The notes under the pieces were generated by a model. It had not been told where the DNA came from. It saw nothing but the letters and a program-made list of their open reading frames with translations, and ran no database searches. Shown in pieces: positions 54,601 through 64,000 of a DNA stretch of 64,000 bases. This DNA is from Balanoglossus misakiensis (taxonomy: Eukaryota; Animalia; Hemichordata): positions 12,191,796-12,255,795 of the forward strand of contig CM082592.2 of assembly GCA_040954595.2 (NCBI GenBank), given 5' to 3'. Within the stretch, counting starts at the first letter, position 1. Every line of letters starts with the position of its first letter. A program made the position numbers and the translations under genes.

Positions 54601-56944
54601 CTATTTTGACATTGCGTACTAATAAAGGAGTCCATAAGACAAAAACTGTAATACTGACACCAGGCCCATGGGCAAAGCAAGTCTTAAATCCACTGGGATT
54701 ACAACTCCCTCTATCGGTAAGTGTGAAATACTGGAAAAATGCTGTTGATATGTTGAGTCGCTTTCCCCCTCTACCATATTGAATTCTCAGCATCATGCCT
54801 GCACCTGCACACATACTGAGTACTGTGGTCTGTCGTATATTTCTCCAAATCTGCTGGTTTATAGTCATAAGTGCAATTTTAATGTGGTGAGGCAAGCCTT
54901 TGTATAAATAACTTCACACTCAGAAAACATTTGAAAAGACACATTATCCAGAACCTTTTTTGTAGTTTTTTGGACAAGGAGACATATTTGAAAATGAGGT
55001 GCCCACAAGATATTCACGTTGTGAAAAAATGTGTCATAATCTAAGAATAAGATGCCTCCTGTTGGATTTTGTGGGCCCCATCCTTTGCTATGGTGACTTA
55101 AAGTTAAACCTCCCGTAGATAACAACACACAGATTGATTTCAGCACCTCCTTTTTTTCCAATTGATTTCTTCTATTTTACAGCCACAGAGAATACGTGTA
55201 TTCTACTGGAAAGAAAAGAATCCTGGAACTTGTGCTCAGTTTCCAGGATTTATATCAGTGACAGGGTCACATGTATATGGCTTGCAGGAGTTGGAGTATC
55301 CCAATATGATGAAGGTATGAAAATACCCAAACACTTGTGTGAGTAAGTGAAGGTATCACTGTGACATGAATGCACCATGCTGTTACACAGCATATAAGTT
55401 TCTTATACCAAACATAGTTTTTAAAATTCCATATTGTTTCCATTAATGTTTCAGGCGTGCACATATGACATCTGTACCATGCAATATTAAAAAGCTACTA
55501 AATTCATTATTTGAAACAGATTTGTTACCATTATGGTCCAGAAGTAAACCCAGATGAGCGTGATATCCCAAATGCTTACAGGGAAGATCTGGATACCCTG
55601 GAAAAGTATGTGACTGACCACTTTCCATGTCTGGAAAATAAACCTTGTATAACAGAAAGTTGTATGTACACAGTGAGTATATAAATTGATTATACTTGTT
55701 TCTGTAAAGTGTATTTCATCATACAATGTTGTGTTTTGAGTGTTATGTAGTACTTGCCTGCCCAGCATTTGATGTACAGTTAACATGTTGTTGTAGTTCA
55801 GATGTACACACATATAGTCTGGCCAAACATTGAATTTCATCCCATTATACTAGAGGACACAGCATCAGACACAGTCCATCCCTGTAGACACAATTTTTTT
55901 TATTTTGTCCATTATCCAACAGACAAATAGTTAATTTACAGGACTTTCTGGGTAAGCAGAAAGCCATAAGAAGTCAAGTGCTTTAATTTCTCAAGAGCAT
56001 AATAGAGTGGCCAAGTTTTGAACCCACAATCCTCCAATACATGTACTGAGCTTTAAGTACCCTTCCCACATACTATACAATGGTGTCTCTGTATTTTGTT
56101 TGAGAAATTCGCATTAAGTTTACCAAAGTCAAATATTGAAAATAATATTAAACAGCATGATGTCACATTTCCAATTTCACTGAAGCACCCAAGATGTACC
56201 CATTCTTGCAAGCCAGGGCTTTTTGTCCACTTCATGATGCTAAGCGAAACAGATGCTCTGGCAGAGTGCACTGGGAAATGGCAGAACTAGAGTTAGGGTC
56301 GATAAACCCCCATGATCAACTGCAACATTGGAATAAGCTAATCACTGATCATTTCACAAACTGTCTTCAGTAAGATGTATGTTTACTTGCATCACGAGGT
56401 ACTAGAACTAGCGCCTGTACTGTTAAACATTTCTTTGAATAATGTATGGATCGCCATGGTTTCCTATTACCAGGTGACACCAGATCGCGACTTTATTCTT
56501 GACAGACATCCACACTTTAAAAATATAGTCATTGGTGCTGGTTTTTCAGGTGAGTGTGTTCATGTTTTGATAAACTGATGTATGGTTGAATTATGTACAT
56601 ATGCTATATATGAAAATTTAGGAAAAATGACAAGTAAACGTAAAGGATTACAATCACGTCTGATGAGTGAGTCCAGTGACTCACAAGACAGCATTGTAGA
56701 GATTATACCGCCTTTTGTTTCTCCTACTACCCTACTCAATAATACAGTGTATGTATACCCAGTTATAAACCATGCTTCTGTTTATACAATATTTTCTGAT
56801 CTATTTGTTCTAGGCCATGGATTCAAGCTTGCTCCAGTAGTAGGAAAACTCTTGACAGAACTGGCACTAAATGAGAAGACATCCTATGATCTTTCACCCT
56901 TTGCAATAAACAGATTTTACCAATCTCCCAAGGCACATTTGTAG
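51690..56944 (+). CDS. PIPOX: Peroxisomal sarcosine/L-pipecolate oxidase, 8 exons, ~387 aa
   Basis: Exons 51690-51815, 53141-53289, 54016-54229, 54534-54716, 55183-55314, 55520-55672, 56474-56549, 56814-56944 total 1164 nt. Motifs: FAD-binding [65 protein letters not shown], and C-terminal PTS1-type AHL. Confidence 0.95.
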
Positions 56945-57645
56945 ATTCAATATAAGGATTTTATAAAAAAAATCCTAAAATTGTTCTTCATATAATGCAG
57001 GAGGCGAATTATGTTCTTTAGATGACCTAATAAATCCTTAGAGTGTAAGATTACCTAAACTAAAACCTATATAAATTACTAAAAAATGAGTATAGTTATA
57101 CAAGAAATGTTTGACAAACATTTTGTGATGATTAGATAAAATGGTGTCATATGTGCTATACAGATTTAAACAAAATTAAATTTCATTTGAAAGTTTATTC
57201 ATATTTCACCTTGTCTGACCAAGTGCATATTTTCTTTCATGGAATAACAGTCAATTTCTTTTTGAGATTGATCATATTTTTATCATGAGTGTATTGATTC
57301 TAAGACTGACTGTGCAGTGCAGGATTACTATTGGAATGGTTGCAGTTTTCAAAGTGTGCTGTTCATAAAACAGTTTGTTTCAATATTATGAACCCAATTA
57401 TTATGTAAAGGCTAACGAGAAATTAAGAAACAAATGTTTAGAAATGAAATTAAAAGTACATGTAAAAATAATGTGATGGGCATAATTGTATGTCAGTCCT
57501 GACTGGGACGTCTCCTGGGTTAACAACATTGCGACCAGCAACACAGGATGAAGCAGCTCTAAAATCATGTCTCCCTCAGGTCATCCTCCAGCAATCAAGA
57601 TGACATCATACGGTTACTTCTCTTCAAAAATGATGATGACCACCA

Positions 57646-58068
57646 TCAGTTACACAGGCCCCCACAACTTGTGGTAGTATGACTCTCTTTAATCCCATGC
57701 ACTGTACTTTCACAGCTCTCAGATGGTCCTAACTCTCCACATTGCGTCCTTGCTCATGGGGTATCTCGCATGGCATTCCAGATCTTATTCTCTAATAGTA
57801 GATTAGTTAGATCATTGAAGAAGTTCTGAAGTTGATAAAGAGATGTTGAATCCAATATGATATGTCTCTTACTCAAAACATGAGCGATAGCATTCCTGCA
57901 TTTGAGTCACAACAATTCATCCCTTTGGGTTAGTCTTGACAAGTTTAGCATGATAGCAGGGTACGTACCTGGTATACCAGTAGGTTCAAGATGGCCTGCA
58001 TTTATATTTGTCATTTTTGTGTGCTTGTCTCTTGGATCAGGTAATTTATTTACCTTGAATGATACTGA
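57646..58068 (-). pseudogene. Possible decayed coding remnant with a HEPN-like RNxxxH motif
   Basis: One frame reads ...MTNINAGHLEPTGIPGTYPAIMLNLSRLTQRDELL*LKCRNAIAHVLSKRHIILDSTSLYQLQNFFNDLTNLLLENKIWNAMRDTP*ARTQ..., about 140 codons interrupted by two TGA stops. Confidence 0.25.
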
Positions 58069-61000
58069 TCATTGGACATGATTACAAACCAATGTGTAAC
58101 CAATACACATTTATTTTACTCCGGTCCCATGTTGCTTTGGTAAACTTTACAAACACATCTGGGCACCTAGTTTTAATACAGAAAAATCCATATCTTAAAT
58201 TAGTATATTAAATTATTGATCCATGTAAAGTGCAAAATCTAACAGTGGGCCTGAATCTTATTCAACCTTTCAAAAGTACATGTATATTTCTCAAAGTTAC
58301 AACACAATGGGGACATATTTGATCGATTTAAATACAGAGGAAGTCAAGAAATACAGCATGTATCCATGACAACTATTTGCCGCCTTGTGTGATCATGTAA
58401 ATACACTGCAATCTGAAGTACAATAATATTTAGAATCAATATTCCAAGAGAAATTGTATAGTTTTTCTTGTCTTACAGTGTGTCTTTCATTCAAATACTA
58501 AAGTTGATTTTCCCAGATCAAATAGATGTAAATCAACATTGATGCAAGTATTCAAGCTGTTTTGGTGTGCCTGCATGTCCCACTGAACAAAATAGAGATG
58601 TGGTTTCACTTTCACGGCATGTGTTAAATTTTTACACATCAATTAAATCAGATAATTCTTGGTGTTTATTCATTTATTGTGCTGAAGGGCGGAAATAGTT
58701 GAGTACCTGGTTATTGCAATATTAAACTCTATCATTTTATGCTGCCGAGCATTTTTGTGCAAAATATACAGTTGATAGTGGTCTTCAGAATAATAATTAA
58801 CTCAAATTAGAGGTGAATATTTATATTTTATGTATTCTCTGGCGATGGCCACATTCGAAAACTTGCCTGTGGTTACAGTACTTTGGGAAACATTTTTTGA
58901 TAAGTTACTTGCTGTTTCAGAACTTGGTTTGGAAAATATAGCAATTACAGGGACTTTAATTATATTCCATACGATTCATTTCTCAAGGATTGTTGAGCAC
59001 CTCATCGTATAATTGGACTTCTAAATCATGGTGCAGCTGACAATAGAATACAGACATAGTTATGCATGTTATGTTGTGAATGTGCCAAAATTGCATTCAT
59101 CATCACATCTCTGGTGTATAACCAGCTGCATGGGCATCGAGGTTAGATATTCTGCTCACAACAATAATTGTTTCACACTATAATCACTGTGTACCAGGGA
59201 ATCATGCTTTCCAAGAAAAAAGTAACATAGATGGACCTATGATAATGTGTCTGTTCACATGGATGCTAAAATGCTTTGCAATGCAGTTTGGGGCCATGTC
59301 ACCTTGCCATGTATTAAGTAAAGAACAAGTATTTTTTCTGTTGACAAGAACAGTTTATCAAGCACCTGGCTGTATACGCTGTGACATAATGGGTGTGGAA
59401 AATATTCAGAGAAATAGTTCAATAATTCTGACGTTATTAGTATTTTTTGTAATGCATAAAAAATATTAACAACCCCATTATCCTGTCATTGAAATTGACG
59501 TGGCACCTCTAACGATGGTTTGTAATGCAAGATTTGGAATTACATGTTTCAGGACGATGTACATGTCATGCATTGTAAATCCAAATTATTTATGAGCGTC
59601 GTTGTTTATCGAATCATAAAGGCTCCTTTGCACTGATATAACCAACCGCCTGCTTTATTTGGTCGACTTGGCAAGTGTCTTTTTTCAGTTGGCGTGTTGC
59701 AGTTCCCATTTTCAGGATTATGACATTTTGGTCCAGGAGGAAGCATTAAATTCGCGTGAGAGTAATTGGTAGCGTTAGAAAATTTCCCATTTGAGTTTGG
59801 AAAAAGAAATTTATATGCGATCAATATGTGTTCCGGCAAGTATTGATCTAACTTCATTTAAAAAAATAAAGTAACGTTTTGTGTAAATAATTGGTTGTCA
59901 TGGAAGTAAATGATGTCTGCAAAGTATTGTGTGTGAAAAGGTTTTCTTGGCTGGCATTGAGATCAATGTTGAGCGGAATTAAGTGCCGTGCAATAATGAA
60001 AAAATAATGAATAAGGAAGAAATCGGAAAACATTTCATCACAAACTATTCTAAAACTTCTCACATGGTGAAAGAACAAACCCCTGTCCAAAAATGAAACT
60101 CAAATTATTTGTTTGCTGTTAAAAAGCATTTCACTCGATTCCACCCGTAATTAATGGTCAGCATCATCATCACATAATAATTTTCTTTCAGTCTGTTTTG
60201 GAGTCTAGCTGTTATTGTTGAAAGAAAATCTTTAGTTATAGTGTAAATGGGAAAATTCTGAAGTAAAGAGAATCAATCCTTGGTTTACAAAGTTTGGATG
60301 CAGAGCGCAAACAATGGTGATCGTGACTATATATATACAGTCATATAGACAAATGTGATATCAAGAGATTGTACTTTGATTGTACCATGAAAATCATACA
60401 TTTGAATCCTCAGGAATGCATCAGAGTGGTGTCAAGTGCAGCAATTAGTTTTAGGAAATGCTTTACACAATGAAAAGAATCGTACATACCAGGCTCTTTC
60501 ATCTGATCTCCTGTACACTTTGAAAAGCACAGTTAATAGAGGGGGAGTTGAAAGATAAACAAAATGTTTTGTTTTTGTGAACTTTAACCGTACTTGTTAG
60601 GCTTTCAATTGTTTTCTGACTTATCAGCAGCTTTTGCATACTTGGAGTAATATATCGCTTTATTCTTCATTGATATAAATATTTAATGATATACCACTCA
60701 ATAATTGTTTAACGATATTTCTTTATTTGGGTTCTTGTACCGGTTGGTCGGAATAAAATTGCGAAAAGAGGAATAATCCTTGAAACAGTTCTGTTTTGTT
60801 ATCACAATGAATTATGAACTTTCTGGTAGAAATTATATGCTCCCTTGAATGAAATCCTTTGCACTGTGACATTGACATGTTTATATATCAAAGCCAGCAC
60901 TGTAATTCCAAATTAGATCAATATAAGATGAAAATCAGATCAGTCCTGCAACTGAATGAGTACCAAAGAAATCACCAACAAAATCAGAAATTGGTTCTGA

Positions 61001-61498
61001 TCAGATGTAATTGAACTGTAATTGTGTGGTCCGTTGAAAGTGCTTTTAACACGTTTATTGGAGAAGAAATCACAAAATGGAAATAACTTCTACCATTATT
61101 TACAAGTGACATATAAGTAAAGCAAAGGCAGTCAGCACTCAGGATAATTAAACCACGATCAGAATGAAGTAAACAGTGTGTCTGGATAGAAAGTTTCATT
61201 TCAAAATATAGCCGCGATATGTCATATTTAATAATGTTTCAATTACCGAAGCAGAGTTCTGTGGCTATACTGGTACATATGGTCAATTATTTCCCTTTAC
61301 TTTGTTTTATTCGCCGCTGGTTCGGCTCGTCACGTTTTTAACATTTAAATACACTGTTGATTAACATGCATTTTAAGAAGGTGAAATTCTGGAACAACCT
61401 TTCCGACTACAACATGGCAGAACTTAAACCGAGTTAATCACAGGCCAATGCAATGCCGATTCTTCTGCACATAATAACATCTGGGAGATTCTCAGATG

Positions 61499-61501
<3 letters not shown>

Positions 61502-61578
<77 letters not shown>
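61502..61578. repeat. (TA)n microsatellite
   Basis: About 38 uninterrupted TA units. Confidence 0.97.
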
Positions 61579-61581
<3 letters not shown>

Positions 61582-61599
61582 ACTCTACTTTATATATAT

Positions 61600-61863
61600 A
61601 TAGTAGAGTGTGCAAGGGAACTAAGGCTGTTTTGACATAGGCGGTGTATTACTGTTCAGTTTCGTGTAAGCGGGGCCTACACTCGTCAGATACTGATGCC
61701 TGAATGATGGTGAAGGGTGTGGACAACAGGGAATTGGGTAGGGTGTGTTGTCCACACCCTTCACCATCAGTATCTGACGAGTGTAGGCCCCGCTTACACG
61801 AAACTGAACAGTAATACACCGCCTATGTCAAAACAGCCATAGTTCCCTTGCACACTTTACTAT
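61600..61863. mobile_element. ~264-bp fold-back MITE next to the TA microsatellite
   Basis: ATAGTAGAGTGTGCAAGGGAACTAAGGCTGTTTTGACATAGGCGGTGTATTACTG... is mirrored by ...CAGTAATACACCGCCTATGTCAAAACAGCCATAGTTCCCTTGCACACTTTACTAT. Arms are ~120 bp with a short loop and a ~10-nt indel. Confidence 0.88.
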
Positions 61864-64000
61864 CAAGCTCTGGATTTACACCATCGAGCACTCTGCCAGC
61901 AGTACTTGCAACGAACTCCCAAATCGTACTAATACAAAGCGATGAAAGTAATATTAAAGAAACTAATGAAAGATAACTAATTAGAGCGACAGAAGGTAAT
62001 ATCACACTGAGACGTCCACAATTACGAAAAAAAAAGAATGTCGAGGCATTGGGTTTTTGGGAAGGGTAAGTAACTGAACCAGCGTCAGAAAAACCAGCAA
62101 ATGTCTACGCGTTTTTCTACAATGATGAAAGGAAGACCCCTTGAATCCGTTCACAAACACGCGTAACGACATCCTTTCTAGTGGATATCAAAGGATATGT
62201 TTCCATGGTAGCCAAACGCCAATATTGTTTATTTCCGCCAAGCACATCGTTTTCCACACACTGACGCCCAGTTGCTTTGGAAACACGCACGGTAATAGGA
62301 TTTTGCACACGATCCAATGAGTGGCAATTATTTTGACAGGGAGTCACGCAGGAGTAACATATTCTTGCAGGTGCGTACATTTTCGTGTATCACCAACACG
62401 TTTGAAGAATATTGGAGCTTTTGCGAGTGTGTGTGATTATAAAAACAAAAACAAAAGGTAGGTGGAAATATTTTTAAATTCTCCGTCTACGTTTACTCTC
62501 GCTTGTTAATGAGATACATGTACTTAATTTAACAGTTAATTCGATGCGAACGAGTATGAGTAGATGACAGTCCGTAAATGATGCGTGCAAGCTTTGAGTA
62601 GAGACACCTGTTTTACGAGAATAGGCCTACTAGGTAGCAAATGGTGGTGGCCACAACATCGTTGTAGCAACGTCGTCTTGACATAACCATTTGGAATATT
62701 TTTAGTTAATGTGGCTGTTGGGTTTGTTTCTATTTTATACTAATCACGTTATTACTTCTTGATGAATACTAACGACGCCATGTTTGGGGAATTGATACTA
62801 GCAGTCGGCTTGTGTCTACGAACAAGCCAATGTTCACAATTAATTTAAAGTATCATCTGGTATTAGGCCTAAAACGGCCACCAGGGTGGAGACTTTTTGA
62901 CTGATATATTTTAAAGTAGGTTACGAACTTTATGATCTCTCGTTTATATGGAACAGCTGGTATTAGCAGAAGTCAATACAACGTAGATATTATTTGCTGA
63001 AAATGGTAATTGGGAAATTGCTCACAGGTTTATTAAGTTGTGAGAGGATAAGATGCTGCCAGTCGAAAACCCAATTCTTAGTCAATGATGACATTTCATG
63101 TCAAAGAAGAAAGTAAAAATATATATGTTATGTACCCCGATGTTTTCTTGTCATTCAGTCTTCAAGTTATAAACTTTCACATTCCATGTTTTAAAAGTTG
63201 ACGATGCGTTAACTTTTAAGACTTTGAATTACACGTACGTGTGACACGCGAAAGGCCATTGTCTCGTAATTAGCAGAATAAGTCTACGTCTACTGCAGAC
63301 GTTCGGAACAGCTATCCTTCATCGTAGACGTGGTGATGGAATTCTTAGCCTACACGTCCATCATCACCGATACGCGCACGCGATGTTCTCGCGTTAGACG
63401 TACGCGTAATTTGGGAGGTACATACTTTCCTAGTTAGGCTGCTGAAAAGTCAATATCCGAGAAGGAATATCAATAAACAGATCGAATCTGCCTCCACATC
63501 AATCAATTTGTATGAAATCACCATTGCAAACAGGTGAGAAACGTTCCCTTAAAATCATCGACCAATGGAAAGTTATAGTACAATTTCTAGGATTTCATTG
63601 AATAACCATCGGCAAGATAATAAATGAAAGAAGTGTATAAACAACAACATTGTATATGTCGTACAATGGTGAGACCACTACTATACAACATGTTACAAAA
63701 TTGCGCTTAAGGCATTGGACCGACGACGCAACCTATTTGAAAATGATGCTGTTATTGACATCTCAGTCTGTCACGTGTGTTTTTCATCGCCACGAATTAC
63801 TTCCCTTCTTGCGTAGTCTGTTTCAAATTAAATCGATACATTTTTATTATTTTGGAGCCTTGTTTCCTCACCGAATCGATGGTGTTGTTTTTCAACTCAT
63901 TCGATATCTACCCCCGCGTGGATTTTATAGTTAAACGCCATGGTAACAGAGAAGCGTGTAATACGTAAACGTAAAATTGTCTTTTGTCATTGAATATTCA

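Noticed and set aside
5509-58880. TACAGTA/TACTGTA as Tc1-type excision footprints
   Set aside because: The count by eye is close to the rough random expectation, unlike TACATGTA.
61424-61635. YI-repeat ORFs
   Set aside because: Translation of the (TA)n microsatellite.
58100-64000. A further gene in the last 6 kb
   Set aside because: No spliceable exon chain or recognisable motifs. The CpG-rich patches at 62-64 kb may be repeat remnants or the promoter of a gene beyond the window.

Overview
This is an AT-rich, intron-dense genomic window from an invertebrate animal; intron positions resemble vertebrate orthologues, so a deuterostome is plausible (inference). I hand-spliced seven genes using GT-AG boundaries and reading-frame phase: (1) the 3' part of an ABCB half-transporter (+); (2) Rab34/36 (-), head-to-head with (3) RPL23A (+); (4) SPRING1/C12orf49 (+); (5) an uncharacterised 25-exon, ~1504-aa protein with a degenerate TBC (RabGAP)-like domain and C2-like modules (+); (6) HDAC6, with two intact deacetylase domains but a decayed ZnF-UBP (+); (7) DCPS (-). 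An eighth gene, PIPOX (+), follows a repeat-rich interval. Non-genic features are several palindromic MITEs (one carrying telomere-like repeats with an 8-bp TSD), a 180-bp satellite with a fold-back inversion, a duplicated promoter-like block, a possible HEPN-like pseudogene remnant and strong TACATGTA enrichment. I see no clear new multi-gene system. The best novelty candidates are the pseudo-TBC/C2 protein and the ZnF-UBP-less HDAC6. All coordinates are manual and no database searches were run.
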